From an uncultured Clostridia bacterium (lineage in GTDB: Bacteria > Bacillota > Limnochordia > Darwinibacteriales > DTU012): a DNA stretch of 64,000 nt. The number at the start of each line of letters is the position of its first letter. Position 1 is the stretch's first letter. A program made the position numbers and the translations under genes. This document shows, one piece after another, positions 27,151 through 37,359 of this stretch. The notes beneath the pieces are model-generated. The model was given only the letters and a program-made list of their open reading frames with translations, did no database searches and was not told the DNA's origin. The DNA lies in assembly GCA_900019385.1 (NCBI GenBank), contig FIZJ01000003.1, positions 42,744-106,743 on the forward strand, given 5' to 3'.

Positions 27151-28527
27151 TCACCTAATATTTGACAATTTCCCCAGCGGTTCCGGCTTCCGTGCCAACT
27201 GCTCCAGAAAATGGGTGCTGTAGTCCCCGGCTCGGAACCGCAGGTCGTTTAAGACCCGTTTGTGGAAGCCGACGTTGTGCTTGATCCCCTCAATCTCAAT
27301 CTCCGCCAGCGCCCCCAGCATCCGATCGACAGCCTCGTCCCGGTCGCCTCCCCATGCGATTAGTTTGCCAAACATGGAATCATAATATGGCGATATTTCA
27401 TACCCCTGATAAACATGGCTGTCCCAGCGAATCCCGTGGCCGCCGGGGACATGAATTTTCGTAATGACCCCTGGAGACGGCATAAAGTCATTCTCGGGAT
27501 CTTCAGCATTCAACCGGCACTCAATGGCGTGCGCCGAGGGGACGATCCCCTTTTGATTATATTCCAACTCGGCGCCTGCGGCTATTTGAATCTGAGCTTT
27601 GACCAAATCAATGCCGTAAACCATCTCTGTAACAGGATGCTCCACCTGAATGCGGGTGTTCATCTCCAAGAAATAGAAGTTTCGGTTCTCATCAAGCAAA
27701 AACTCAATCGTACCGGCATTGATGTACTTCACCGCCTTGGCACCCTTCACGGCAGCCCTGCCCATCTCCTTCCTGAGGGCGGGTGTGACTGCCGGCGACG
27801 GACACTCCTCGATGATCTTCTGGTGGCGCCGCTGCAGCGAGCACTCCCGTTCGCCGAAATGCACCACATTTCCGTATTGATCTCCCAACAGCTGAATCTC
27901 AATATGCCGAGGGTTGGCGATGTATTTCTCCACATAGACCTGGTCACTGCCGAATGCTGCCCCAGCTTCCGCCCGGGCAAGGCGGTACCCTTTCAAGAGC
28001 TCGTCCTCGCTGTGGATGATGCGCATCCCTTTCCCGCCGCCGCCGGCGACAGCTTTGATCATCAGCGGGTAGCCGACTTGTTTCGCAAGGGCGGCCAGGT
28101 GATCCTCATTGGCCACAGGCCCGTCGCTGCCTGGAATCACTGGGACGCCGGCCGCTTTCATAATGGCCTTGGCCTGTGATTTGTCGCCCATCTTCTCAAT
28201 TTGGGCCGCAGTGGGCCCAATCCACACCAAGCCGTAATCTTCGCAGATCTCGGCAAAATCCGCCCGTTCAGCCAGATACCCGTACCCGGGATGAATGGCG
28301 TCGGCTCCGCTCAATACCGCTGCAGAAATGATGTTAGGGATATGCAGGTAGCTGGATTGGGATGCGGCCGGGCCGACGCAAACCGCCTCGTCGGCATATT
28401 TGACATGCAGCGAGCCGCGGTCTGCTTCCGAGTAGATCGCCACCGTCCGGATGCCCAGTTCACGGCAGGCACGGATCACCCTGAGGGCGATTTCACCGCG
28501 ATTGGCAATCAAAACTTTCTTAAACAT
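27151..28527 (-). CDS. accC: acetyl-CoA carboxylase biotin carboxylase subunit
   Basis: MFKKVLIANRGEIALRVIRAC..., ATP-grasp, 458 aa. Confidence 0.95.
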   Translation of the reverse strand: MFKKVLIANRGEIALRVIRACRELGIRTVAIYSEADRGSLHVKYADEAVCVGPAASQSSYLHIPNIISAAVLSGADAIHPGYGYLAERADFAEICEDYGLVWIGPTAAQIEKMGDKSQAKAIMKAAGVPVIPGSDGPVANEDHLAALAKQVGYPLMIKAVAGGGGKGMRIIHSEDELLKGYRLARAEAGAAFGSDQVYVEKYIANPRHIEIQLLGDQYGNVVHFGERECSLQRRHQKIIEECPSPAVTPALRKEMGRAAVKGAKAVKYINAGTIEFLLDENRNFYFLEMNTRIQVEHPVTEMVYGIDLVKAQIQIAAGAELEYNQKGIVPSAHAIECRLNAEDPENDFMPSPGVITKIHVPGGHGIRWDSHVYQGYEISPYYDSMFGKLIAWGGDRDEAVDRMLGALAEIEIEGIKHNVGFHKRVLNDLRFRAGDYSTHFLEQLARKPEPLGKLSNIR

Positions 28528-28538
28528 GCAGTCACCCT

Positions 28539-28994
28539 CTATTCCGCCGGCTCAATCAGGAACAAGGGCTGGCCGTACTCCACCGGCTGCCCGTTTTCCA
28601 CCAGAATCTCCACAACTTGGCCGCGGTATTCTGACTCGATCTCGTTCATCAGCTTCATTGCTTCGATGATGCAGAGAGTCTGGCCCTTTTCCACAAATGA
28701 GCCCACTTCCACATACGGGTCGGCCCCCGGCGAAGGAGCACGGTAAAAGACGCCAACCATGGGCGCCAGTACTTCACGAAGCTTTGCCGGCTGTTCCTGG
28801 CTGGGCTGTTGGGGTTCCGCCTCTTTTGTCCCGGCGGTGGCTGAGGGTTGGGGAACATGCTGCGCCGCTTGTTGAGGCGCTGATACCTTAAGCTTGCTCA
28901 AGTGCAGCTTGAGATTGTCCAGCTCCAGCACTAACTCGGTGATGTCGCTTTCGTTGAATATGGCGATTAACTCCTTGATCTCTGCGGTTTTCAT
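28539..28994 (-). CDS. accB: acetyl-CoA carboxylase biotin carboxyl carrier protein
   Basis: [10 protein letters not shown] biotinyl-Lys motif; start MKTAEIK with GCAGGAGG RBS. Confidence 0.9.
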   Translation of the reverse strand: MKTAEIKELIAIFNESDITELVLELDNLKLHLSKLKVSAPQQAAQHVPQPSATAGTKEAEPQQPSQEQPAKLREVLAPMVGVFYRAPSPGADPYVEVGSFVEKGQTLCIIEAMKLMNEIESEYRGQVVEILVENGQPVEYGQPLFLIEPAE

Positions 28995-29021
28995 CGCTAA
29001 CCTCCTGCACCATACGGGAAA

Positions 29022-29028
29022 TATAGTT
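29022..29028 (-). promoter_or_regulatory. perfect Spo0A-box heptamer (TGTCGAA on the minus strand) about 40 nt upstream of accB
   Basis: Exact 7-mer match; its function is inferred, not demonstrated. Confidence 0.25.
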
Positions 29029-29094
29029 ATTTTCGACATAAGGCGGTAATGTCCTGTTGCCTTGGTATACTTTTCCACAGGAAGGAGGTTTCAT

Positions 29095-29127
29095 ACGAAG
29101 AAAAAAACCAAGGCAGAACACCTTGGT
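29095..29127 (-). terminator. rho-independent terminator of the spoIIIA operon (the stem includes the spoIIIAH stop codon)
   Basis: uaaACCAAGGuguucugCCUUGGUUUUUUUCUUC. Confidence 0.8.
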
Positions 29128-29718
29128 TTAGGTTTGCGCCAGTTCATCGATGATCGTGATCCGATCAAACCGGATGTTGGTGAGCCGGTGCACCAGCTCC
29201 CCGATCATTTCGGCCTCCATTCCAGATAGAGTCACTGGGACCACCACCGTCGCTGTATCGTTTTCTATCAGGACCACGGCGTCGAGGAAGCCGTTGACTC
29301 TGAGTAAGTTTTCCAGCTCTGTTTCTTTTGCAATAATGTCGACAGCTTTGATCAATTCTCCCTGCAGTTCCATGCGCCGGTCGGCATCTAGTTCGCCGTC
29401 CTCCAGCATGGACTGGAGCAGATCAAGTTTCTGGCTGCGGATCCGTTCCCGCTCGATTCGGTACTCCACAAACTTGGTCGGTACCGATGTGACGGTAACC
29501 ACAACCCCTTCCTCGAGCTCACTTATGGTACGAGGTGCTTGAGCCAACACATCAAGCACATCTGCGCCGTCCATTTCCGTTTCACCGTCAAGGCTCAACC
29601 CTGCACCGACATCCACCGCCTCGTCTGTTCCATAAAACCCTGCCCAGAATGTGATCCCGATCAGGGCCAGGACAATCATCAACAGGACAACCTTGCGCGC
29701 ATGAATCACACAGTACAT
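29128..29718 (-). CDS. spoIIIAH: stage III sporulation protein AH
   Basis: Position and length; N-terminal TM; YscJ/FliF-like C-terminal region; part of the colinear 8-gene spoIIIA operon. Confidence 0.8.
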   Translation of the reverse strand: MYCVIHARKVVLLMIVLALIGITFWAGFYGTDEAVDVGAGLSLDGETEMDGADVLDVLAQAPRTISELEEGVVVTVTSVPTKFVEYRIERERIRSQKLDLLQSMLEDGELDADRRMELQGELIKAVDIIAKETELENLLRVNGFLDAVVLIENDTATVVVPVTLSGMEAEMIGELVHRLTNIRFDRITIIDELAQT

Positions 29719-29728
29719 TTTCTCCCAC

Positions 29729-30265
29729 CTACCTCTTTCCCTTGGATTTTGCCAAGACCTCAATCTTGTGCGCCGGGAGCTGAAGCACGGTCTGGGCAGC
29801 CTTTAAGATTTTGTAACGGGTATGAGGGTTTTCCGCGCCTTCCGCAACGATCAGCACCCCTAAGATTTTCGGCGCATACTGTTCAAGGATCAGCGGTGTT
29901 TCGCCCGCACTGGAGCCCGCCCGCAGAATAACGGGATTCCGTGTTTGGCGTGTTTCCCCGCCTCGGTCCTCCAGTGTCACCGATTCGGCGATCACCAATC
30001 GGCTGCTCCCCTCCAATGTCACAAACACATCGACACCGCCAACTCCCACAGCTTCAGCCAGTACTTTCGCCAAGCTCGCTTCCAGCTGAGCTGCATAGCT
30101 AATCTCGTAATCAGGAGGCGCCGGTGCCGGCTGTGATGGAGAGGTCCCCATATCCGGACGGTTGAGCTGTGGTGCTTGGATAAGCATCAACCCAATCCCG
30201 ACGGCAGCCAGCAATCCAATCCAACTCAGCAGTTTCCGCTGTGATGCCGACAACCGCTCCCACAT
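29729..30265 (-). CDS. spoIIIAG: stage III sporulation protein AG
   Basis: N-terminal TM, position in the spoIIIA operon. Confidence 0.8.
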   Translation of the reverse strand: MWERLSASQRKLLSWIGLLAAVGIGLMLIQAPQLNRPDMGTSPSQPAPAPPDYEISYAAQLEASLAKVLAEAVGVGGVDVFVTLEGSSRLVIAESVTLEDRGGETRQTRNPVILRAGSSAGETPLILEQYAPKILGVLIVAEGAENPHTRYKILKAAQTVLQLPAHKIEVLAKSKGKR

Positions 30266-30271
30266 ATTCCG

Positions 30272-30814
30272 TCACCCCCTGCTCTCACCGAATTCGACGG
30301 TTACACTGGATGGATCGATCTGCAGATATCGGGCTGCGACCGATACCGCCCAATCTTTCAGGCTCTCTTGCTCGGTGGGTGAAAGCTGTCCTGAAACCGG
30401 CCACACGATCACCCTTACCTGCCCAACGGAGCCGTCATCGGCCGTAGTGACTTCCACCTTTGCGTTTTGGATTGATCCGCTGGTGATTAACAGCGCCTCA
30501 AGCTGGGCGGCTGCGGCTGTGCCGATGAGAGTCCGCACCGGTTCCATACCGGCCAGCCCAACCTTTTGGCCTGTACCCAGCCAATCATAATCGGGAATGC
30601 TGGCGGCTGGTTCCATACCGGTGAAAAGAACAGCACCGTCCCACCCGGCACTGATGATCCCTACGATCGGCTGCAGCAGCGCTGCTGTAATGACCAACCC
30701 TATGATCGTCTTCGCCAGTTTCTTACTCTCGTTTTCCGGCAGCAGCAGATCAAAGAAGGCAATCACCAGGACCAGCCCTGCCAATGCCTTGAGCCAATGC
30801 TGCCATACTCCCAT
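30272..30814 (-). CDS. spoIIIAF: stage III sporulation protein AF
   Basis: Two N-terminal TMs; start MGVWQHW with GAGGTGA RBS overlapping the spoIIIAE stop region. Confidence 0.8.
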   Translation of the reverse strand: MGVWQHWLKALAGLVLVIAFFDLLLPENESKKLAKTIIGLVITAALLQPIVGIISAGWDGAVLFTGMEPAASIPDYDWLGTGQKVGLAGMEPVRTLIGTAAAAQLEALLITSGSIQNAKVEVTTADDGSVGQVRVIVWPVSGQLSPTEQESLKDWAVSVAARYLQIDPSSVTVEFGESRG

Positions 30815-30819
30815 CCGCA

Positions 30820-32025
30820 TCACCTCATTACGGCTGCCAAGTTGCCGATGCCGACCAGGATTGTGACGGTCAAAAAAAACATCAAAGCTGCTGTAGCCAG
30901 CGACACCATGACCAGAGTCAGCGAGCCGGCCATACTTGACACTGCGGCACACACTCTTTGGTCGCCGATCGGCTCAATCAATGCCGCAGCCAACTTGTAG
31001 ATCAAGACAATCGCCCAGATTTTCACGATCGGCAGTGCCACCAGGAAAAAAATCATCACCATTCCGAAAGCACCGATTGTGTTTTTAATCAACAGCGACC
31101 CGCCGACCACCACCTCCACAGCGTTGGCAAACATGGATCCAATCACAGGAACAACATTGCTGGTGATGAACTTGGCAGTCCGCAGCGCGACCCCGTCGGC
31201 GACAGGGGCAACAGCTCCCCGGACAGCCAGCACCCCCAGGAATACGGTGAACGCCAGTGAAAGCAGCATCGTGGCCAAATGCCTCAGCAAACCGCTCAAG
31301 CGGGTCAGGGGATAGTCTGGGGCGATCTGGGCCACAACACCGATGACGGCGCTGACATTGATCAGGGGAAACAAGATTGTCCGGATGAGGACGGCAATCC
31401 CGCTCACAACCGTGATCAACACCGGATGGAATATGGCTGCCGACGTAATCCCCCCCACACTCGCCACCATGGTGGACAACAGAGGCAGCAGCGCGTACAT
31501 GAACGACACCATGTCGTCGACAGTCTGGTAGGCCAACTCCAAAGCAGCGCGGAAACTCTGCAGCCCTATATAGATCGCAACCAAGAAACAGGCCAGAAAA
31601 GCAGCGTTCGCCAATTCCTTGTTCTCCACCGACAGCTGAAGCTGGCGAATCAGCGCTGTCAGCAAACCGATCAACAGCAGCTGCCGCATAAGGCGCGAGC
31701 TGATGATCACTTCCTTGAAAGCTGTCTGCAGCATGGCGGCCAAGACCTCAATCAGGTTGAAGCTGTTTGAGCTTTGGCTGAAGACAGCCCGCCAATCCAG
31801 ATTGGGAATATACTGCTGGTAATCTGGTTCGATCTTGCTCGCAAAGGCCGACAGCTGATCCAGTTCAAGCGCGCGCAGCTGTTCTTGCACTGACTGTGCC
31901 AATATTTCGTCATAGTCTGGACCTGAGGCGGCGAGACTTTCTCCCACCCAGGCTGTAATCAGGCAGGCAGTCAGTATAATGAAAACCATGCGGGATTTTG
32001 GAGGCATTTGTACCCCACCTGTCAA
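30820..32025 (-). CDS. spoIIIAE: stage III sporulation protein AE (polytopic membrane)
   Basis: 401 aa, signal peptide plus ~7 TMs, position. Confidence 0.85.
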   Translation of the reverse strand: MTGGVQMPPKSRMVFIILTACLITAWVGESLAASGPDYDEILAQSVQEQLRALELDQLSAFASKIEPDYQQYIPNLDWRAVFSQSSNSFNLIEVLAAMLQTAFKEVIISSRLMRQLLLIGLLTALIRQLQLSVENKELANAAFLACFLVAIYIGLQSFRAALELAYQTVDDMVSFMYALLPLLSTMVASVGGITSAAIFHPVLITVVSGIAVLIRTILFPLINVSAVIGVVAQIAPDYPLTRLSGLLRHLATMLLSLAFTVFLGVLAVRGAVAPVADGVALRTAKFITSNVVPVIGSMFANAVEVVVGGSLLIKNTIGAFGMVMIFFLVALPIVKIWAIVLIYKLAAALIEPIGDQRVCAAVSSMAGSLTLVMVSLATAALMFFLTVTILVGIGNLAAVMR

Positions 32026-32411
32026 CCTATAATCGCCAAGACTGCTGCGAGGATTGCTTCCAACACAGGCAGCGCAATCACCAGAATCACAATCTTGCCG
32101 GCAAGCTCCACTGCCACCGCCATGGCGTTCTCATCGGCGTCGCGGCAGATCTCTGCGCCAAATGAGGTGACATAGGCGATGGCGATGGCTTTCAACACCG
32201 GCCCCATATAGAAAGAATCCACTCCCGCCCTGGAATACAGACTGTTCAGCACCGATGTGACCTGCGCCAGCTGAGGTAGAACAGTCAGGACGATCACGAT
32301 AACGAAGGCGGTTGATGCAAGGACTGCCCAAGGCTTGTTGATCTCCCTAAGCTGCGCCTGGACCACAACCATGACAATGGCCAGGCCGGTCACCAAAGGA
32401 ACCCAAAGCAT
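32022..32411 (-). CDS. spoIIIAD: stage III sporulation protein AD
   Basis: 129 aa, 4 TM, position. Confidence 0.8.
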   Translation of the reverse strand: MLWVPLVTGLAIVMVVVQAQLREINKPWAVLASTAFVIVIVLTVLPQLAQVTSVLNSLYSRAGVDSFYMGPVLKAIAIAYVTSFGAEICRDADENAMAVAVELAGKIVILVIALPVLEAILAAVLAIIG

Positions 32412-32427
32412 CCATCACCCCTCCCGG

Positions 32428-32625
32428 TCACCAGCGGAAGACCGCCTCCACGTTGTCAAACAGGCGCGACACCATCTGCACCAGCCACAACAGCACAATG
32501 ATCACTCCTGCAAGGCTAAGCATCTGAGCCTGTTCCTGCCTGCCTGCCTGCTGCAAAAAGATGTTCAGCACTGCCACCAGAATCCCCAGCCCGGCAATGC
32601 GGTAAATCGGTGTCAGATCGGTCAT
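32428..32625 (-). CDS. spoIIIAC: stage III sporulation protein AC
   Basis: 65 aa, 2 TM, position. Confidence 0.8.
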   Translation of the reverse strand: MTDLTPIYRIAGLGILVAVLNIFLQQAGRQEQAQMLSLAGVIIVLLWLVQMVSRLFDNVEAVFRW

Positions 32626-32639
32626 GCCCCGTTACCCCC

Positions 32640-33158
32640 TTAAATCAACATCAAGACTACCAGCGCACCCACACAAAAACCCAAATAGTTCCAGAGCCTT
32701 GCCATTTTGTCCCGTTCCTGTTCCGCCTTGATCCTGCTGTGCTCCAGCCTTTCATAGAGGATCGCCAAGTGTTTGAGCTGGTCTTCCGCGTCACTGCGGC
32801 CCAACACTGCCCCGAGCTGACTGATCAACTCAATGTCCTGATTTGCGAAACCAGCGTCAGCCAAAACCGCAAGCGACTGGTCGAGAGCTTCGGCGGCGGT
32901 CAAACCTCTGCCGCCGGCGAGCACTTCGGCGAACCGGGCGAAGAACGCCGCTGCCGGGTTGTCGATTTGGCCGGCGATGCGGCGGCAGGCCTCCGGCAGC
33001 GATGATCGGGCGTAGTGGATTTCTGTGGCCAGCATCTGAACAGCAGCAGCGAGGCTTTGCAAGTTCTGCGGTCGCACGCTGTACGACCTGGCCATAATCA
33101 ACCCTCCTGCCCCGCAGGCGGCAACCACCAGCCCTGCGCCAAGAATCCGCAGCATCAC
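32640..33158 (-). CDS. spoIIIAB: stage III sporulation protein AB
   Basis: 172 aa GspF-like, position. Confidence 0.8.
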   Translation of the reverse strand: MMLRILGAGLVVAACGAGGLIMARSYSVRPQNLQSLAAAVQMLATEIHYARSSLPEACRRIAGQIDNPAAAFFARFAEVLAGGRGLTAAEALDQSLAVLADAGFANQDIELISQLGAVLGRSDAEDQLKHLAILYERLEHSRIKAEQERDKMARLWNYLGFCVGALVVLMLI

Positions 33159-33192
33159 ATCACTCCTATCATGCTACCTATTTCTATGCAGG

Positions 33193-34083
33193 CTAATCCA
33201 ATTTCAGAACCTGTTCGATGGTTCCCGGGCCACTGCGCCGCGACAGCAGGATCACCTGCTGAAAGGCGGCTCCTCCATGCCGCATCCAGGCCCTTTCTCT
33301 AACGCTGTCCCAGGCCGAGCCGTGACATGTAGCAATCACCTGGACGCCTGCCCTGGCGGCGTCTGCCAGAGCAAGCCCGTCGTTAGGATGGCCGATTTCG
33401 TCGGTGATGATCACCTGCGGCGCCATGCCTCGTAAAACCATGGCAATCCCCTGCGCTTTCGGGCATCCGTCCAGGACATAAGCGGACCAACCTACATCCA
33501 ACTGGGGAACTCCGTGGTGACACGCGGCGATCTCCGAACGCTCGTCTATCACTACTACATTGAACCCGCGGTTGGAAAGCTGACGGCTGATATCCCTCAA
33601 AAGTGTGGTTTTTCCGCACCCAGGCGGTGAGACGATCAGTGTGGAGATGATTCGTCCTGAGCGGACGATCTGCGGCATCACCTGATCCGCGGCTCCGGGC
33701 ACTTCCCGTGCCAACCGGATGTGCAGTCCGTTGATGTACTTAATTGTCTTGATCAAACCGTTTTCAAGGACAACCCGACCGCAGATGCCCACCCGGTGCC
33801 CGCCTGCCAGGGTGAGATATCCTGCCCGGATTTCATCCTCCAGCGCATACCATGAGTTTTCCGCCATTATCTCCACGGTGCGGGCGATGTCATCCGCGTT
33901 CACTCGAAAACCTTCGCTGGGGCGGCATCTGCCGGCAGCGTTCAGCCCGTACTCTATTTGCTGTTCCTTGATGACCAAAGGCTGGTTCACCCGCAGCCGG
34001 ATTTCTTCAACCTTGTCCCAATCCAGCACTGAGTGGAACAGGTTTCGGAGGTTAGGCGCCATACACTTCAGCAGCCGATCCAT
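33193..34083 (-). CDS. spoIIIAA: stage III sporulation protein AA (secretion-type ATPase)
   Basis: Walker A GCGKTTLLRD; start MDRLLK with GAGGGGAG RBS. Confidence 0.88.
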   Translation of the reverse strand: MDRLLKCMAPNLRNLFHSVLDWDKVEEIRLRVNQPLVIKEQQIEYGLNAAGRCRPSEGFRVNADDIARTVEIMAENSWYALEDEIRAGYLTLAGGHRVGICGRVVLENGLIKTIKYINGLHIRLAREVPGAADQVMPQIVRSGRIISTLIVSPPGCGKTTLLRDISRQLSNRGFNVVVIDERSEIAACHHGVPQLDVGWSAYVLDGCPKAQGIAMVLRGMAPQVIITDEIGHPNDGLALADAARAGVQVIATCHGSAWDSVRERAWMRHGGAAFQQVILLSRRSGPGTIEQVLKLD

Positions 34084-34110
34084 TGATGTGCTCCCCTCGG
34101 CAAGTTCTAG

Positions 34111-34143
34111 TCCAATATATGCCTGATGCGGACAAGTTATGAC
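34111..34143 (-). promoter_or_regulatory. possible sigma-E-type promoter for spoIIIA (GTCATAAC ... CATATATT)
   Basis: Weak resemblance to the kmATATT-N14-CATACAnT consensus about 35 nt upstream of the spoIIIAA start; speculative. Confidence 0.25.
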
Positions 34144-34192
34144 AAAAAAAGAGAGCTTCGCCATACCTTGACGGTATGCGCGCCGCTCTCTT
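34144..34192 (-). terminator. rho-independent terminator after the acidic zinc-ribbon gene
   Basis: GAGAGCggcgcgcauaccgucaagguauggcgaaGCUCUCUUUUUUU. Confidence 0.7.
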
Positions 34193-34228
34193 TCCCATCA
34201 GTCTATGTGGATGCCTTAGAGTCCAGCC

Positions 34229-34672
34229 CTAATCGTTGTCGTCCTCGTCCTCATCCTCGTCGTCGTAATCATCCTCATCGAAATCATCACTGGAGTATAC
34301 GACCTCTCCGCACTCGGGGCAGGTCACATCCACTCCGTCTTCATAGAGCAGATCCTCTTCAAAGGAAACCAGGCACTGGCAATTCGGGCATTCCATTTCC
34401 ACCATGTCGAACTCTTCGTCTCTATCGTCTTCATGGCACTCGCAGGCATACTCTTCCAAATCCGCAAGATCAGCGTCCATGGCCTCCAAGTAGTCCTCCA
34501 GCTCCTCTTGGCCGTAGTACAAGTCTTCCACATCATCGGCCAGGTCTTCCAAAACCTCCATCAGCCGGTACAGCACAGCCTTGAGTTTCTCTGGATTTGC
34601 CACATCTTCGGTACTGTCCAGCATTCCGCGCAAATATGCAATCTTTTCTTTAACGGTCGCCAACCTAAACAC
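34229..34672 (-). CDS. highly acidic zinc-ribbon protein (two CxxC pairs, poly-D/E tail)
   Basis: CPNCQ...CPECG; C-terminal DDFDEDDYDDEDEDEDDND; conserved position between efp and spoIIIAA. Confidence 0.6.
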   Translation of the reverse strand: MFRLATVKEKIAYLRGMLDSTEDVANPEKLKAVLYRLMEVLEDLADDVEDLYYGQEELEDYLEAMDADLADLEEYACECHEDDRDEEFDMVEMECPNCQCLVSFEEDLLYEDGVDVTCPECGEVVYSSDDFDEDDYDDEDEDEDDND

Positions 34673-34693
34673 CCCCTGAGTTTTAGTATTGCC

Positions 34694-35251
34694 TTAGGCT
34701 CTGGAGAGATATTCTCCAGTTCTAGTATCCACCTTGATAACATCGCCTTGTTCGACGAACAACGGTACCTGCACTGTGATCCCGGTTTCCAGCACTGCCG
34801 GCTTGGTCGCGCCGGTCGCCGTGTCGCCCTTGAATCCCGGCTCAGTGTGGACAACCCGCAAATTGACAGTGGTCGGCAAATCAACCCCAATGGGTGACCC
34901 TTCAAAGAACTGGATGCCGATCACCATGTTTTCCAGCAGGTAGTTTGGCGCATCGCCCAGATCCTCTTTCCTCAGGCTGATCTGGTTATAGTCCGCGGTA
35001 TCCATGAAGTAAAACTCATCGTCAGCCGAATAGAGGAACTGCATCTGCCTTGTCTCCACAATCGCCCGTTCCACCCGCTCGCCGGCTCTGAAGGTCATTT
35101 CCCGCACAGCCCCGGTCTTGACATTCTTGAGCTTGGTCCGGACAAACGCCGCACCTTTGCCGGGTTTGACGTGCAGGAATTCGACCACACTGTACACATC
35201 GCCGTCCACTTGGATTGTCAAGCCTGTCCGCAGATCATTTACCGAAATCAT
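34694..35251 (-). CDS. efp: elongation factor P
   Basis: MISVNDLRTGLTIQVDGDVYSVVEFLHVKPGKGAAFVRTKLKNVKTG. Confidence 0.95.
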   Translation of the reverse strand: MISVNDLRTGLTIQVDGDVYSVVEFLHVKPGKGAAFVRTKLKNVKTGAVREMTFRAGERVERAIVETRQMQFLYSADDEFYFMDTADYNQISLRKEDLGDAPNYLLENMVIGIQFFEGSPIGVDLPTTVNLRVVHTEPGFKGDTATGATKPAVLETGITVQVPLFVEQGDVIKVDTRTGEYLSRA

Positions 35252-35278
35252 GCATACCTTCCCTTCTGTTCAAACTGT

Positions 35279-36340
35279 TTACTCAATCACGATCAGCTCT
35301 TTGGTCATATTGGTAAGGATATCGCACCCTTCGTCGGTCACCACAACCAAGTCTTCGATCCTCACTCCTCCCCATCCGGGCAGGTAAATCCCGGGCTCCA
35401 CAGTGACCACCACGCCTGGAGCCAAAGGCTCTTCGTTGTATTGAGACAGCCTGGGTTCTTCGTGGATTTCCAACCCAACCCCATGGCCGAGGCTGTGGCC
35501 GAAATTGCGGTCATACCCAGCCTCCTTGATGATCTCCCTGGCGATGGTATCCACCTCTTTGCCGGTCAATCCCGGCCTGAGGGCTTCTAAGGCCGCCAAC
35601 TGCGCCTTAAGGACGGTGTTGTAGATCTCCAGCTGTTTGGCATCAGGCTTGCCCACAACCAGAGTACGGGTTAGATCAGAACAGTAACCTTGGTAGACAC
35701 AGCCCATGTCAATCACTATGAAATCCCCCACTTGAACTCTCCGTTCCCCAGGAATCGCATGGGGCAGCGCTCCTCTCGGGCCCGAGCCCACAATTGGGTC
35801 AAAAGCGGCGGCCTCGGCTCCCAGTTTGCGCATGGTGTACTCCAATTCCAAGGCCAGCTCAATCTCGGCGATTCCCGGTTTGATAGAGGGAATCAAGGCG
35901 TTCAGCGCCTGTACGGTTATTTGCGCAGCCGCTGCAATCTTTTCAATCTCATCCGCGGTTTTCACCTTCCGCAGTTCAGCGACCCAGTTTTTGGTGGGGA
36001 CAAATTCCACCCCCTCGAACTTCTCCTGCCACTTGGCCAGTTGGTCGACGGTGACGTATTCACTTTCAAAGGCAATTCTCCGCGCCTTATGTCTGCCGAT
36101 CAGTTCGGCCAGCGTATCCTCGGCAGTGGTCTTCTGCAGAATGATCTCCCAGTCGGGGCTTTGCTCTTCCGCCTGTTCCGCATAGCGGAAATCTACGACC
36201 AGGGTTTTGCTGTCATGGCCGATCCAGACAAGTCCCGCGCTTCCCGTAAACTTGGTCAAGTACCGGCGGTGAGTCCGATATGTGGATATAAAAGCATCAC
36301 AACTAATCTCCGCCAAGCGGCTGCGGATCTGCTCCAACAC
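35279..36340 (-). CDS. Xaa-Pro aminopeptidase (M24B)
   Basis: Creatinase N-domain plus M24 metal ligands ([13 protein letters not shown]). Confidence 0.9.
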   Translation of the reverse strand: MLEQIRSRLAEISCDAFISTYRTHRRYLTKFTGSAGLVWIGHDSKTLVVDFRYAEQAEEQSPDWEIILQKTTAEDTLAELIGRHKARRIAFESEYVTVDQLAKWQEKFEGVEFVPTKNWVAELRKVKTADEIEKIAAAAQITVQALNALIPSIKPGIAEIELALELEYTMRKLGAEAAAFDPIVGSGPRGALPHAIPGERRVQVGDFIVIDMGCVYQGYCSDLTRTLVVGKPDAKQLEIYNTVLKAQLAALEALRPGLTGKEVDTIAREIIKEAGYDRNFGHSLGHGVGLEIHEEPRLSQYNEEPLAPGVVVTVEPGIYLPGWGGVRIEDLVVVTDEGCDILTNMTKELIVIE

Positions 36341-36785
36341 AGTCTTGCTCCTCTCTGCACAGATAATCGATCAAGCCCTGCAGGGCCATCAAATAGCCAA
36401 AATCACCGAACCCACAGATCTGCCCTATACAGACTGGCGCGATCACCGAAGTGTGCCTGAAAGATTCCCGCTGGTAAATCTGGGATATATGCACCTCCAC
36501 AGTGGGGATCCCCAAAGCTTTGATGCAGTCGCGGATGGCATATGAATAATGAGTGTATGCGCCGGGATTGATGATTAAGCCGGCCGCTCCCCGATGCTGC
36601 TGCAGAAAGTCGATAATCTCGCCCTCGCCGTTCGCCTGGAAACAGGTAATTTGAAATCCCTGCCTACCGGCGGCGAGGGTGACCATCCTTTCAATCTCAC
36701 AAAGCTTGGTGTCACCGTACACCTCCGGCTCCCTGGCACCCAGCAAATTGAGGTTGGGGCCGTTGACAAGCAAAATCTCCATCAA
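36303..36785 (-). CDS. aroQ: type II 3-dehydroquinate dehydratase
   Basis: [21 protein letters not shown]...; 38-nt overlap with the downstream peptidase gene. Confidence 0.9.
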   Translation of the reverse strand: MMEILLVNGPNLNLLGAREPEVYGDTKLCEIERMVTLAAGRQGFQITCFQANGEGEIIDFLQQHRGAAGLIINPGAYTHYSYAIRDCIKALGIPTVEVHISQIYQRESFRHTSVIAPVCIGQICGFGDFGYLMALQGLIDYLCREEQDCVGADPQPLGGD

Positions 36786-37312
36786 GCCTCACCTGCGTTC
36801 AAGAAACTCAAAACACTTTCCACAACTTGATCGATCGCCAAATCGGACGTGTCAATGGCATAATCGGCGATCTGCCGGTACAAGCACTCTCTTTTAGCCA
36901 AAAGCTCCAGGATGGCCCCCATGGGGTTTTCGGCTTTTATGAGCGGCCGCTTTTGGCTGCGCCCAACACGCTGGAGTATAACTTCTGGCCGAGCCTGAAG
37001 CCAGACAATCCTGCTGCCCATGCTGCGGCTTTGCTCCAGTAAGGTCCGTGCCGCCGGCTGAGTCACAATCCCGCCGCCAGTCGCAATCACTTGATTGGAA
37101 TCCTGCAGTACAGCTTCCAGCACTTCAAGTTCGATCCGGCGGAAGAATTCTTCGCCGTGACGGCGGAAAACGTGGGCAATACTACACTGAAGCTTGTCTT
37201 CAATGACTTGATCAGTATCCAGATAAGTCCAGCCAAGCCTTTGGGCACACAGACGGCCGACCGACGTCTTGCCGGCAGCCATGAAACCAATCAGAATCAA
37301 GTTCTGAACCAT
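36782..37312 (-). CDS. aroK: shikimate kinase
   Basis: [13 protein letters not shown]-loop; start MVQNLILIG with AAGAGG RBS. Confidence 0.85.
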   Translation of the reverse strand: MVQNLILIGFMAAGKTSVGRLCAQRLGWTYLDTDQVIEDKLQCSIAHVFRRHGEEFFRRIELEVLEAVLQDSNQVIATGGGIVTQPAARTLLEQSRSMGSRIVWLQARPEVILQRVGRSQKRPLIKAENPMGAILELLAKRECLYRQIADYAIDTSDLAIDQVVESVLSFLNAGEA

Positions 37313-37359
37313 GGGATTAGCCTCTTTAAGCACCTGCGATGTCAACAAAACTTCTTTCT

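Noticed and set aside
36303-36340. 38-nt aroQ/peptidase overlap as a possible frameshift or pseudogene
   Set aside because: Both proteins are full length with intact motifs; modest overlaps are common in this compact operon.
35690-36460. 256-aa +strand ORF
   Set aside because: Shadow ORF opposite the Xaa-Pro aminopeptidase/aroQ genes.
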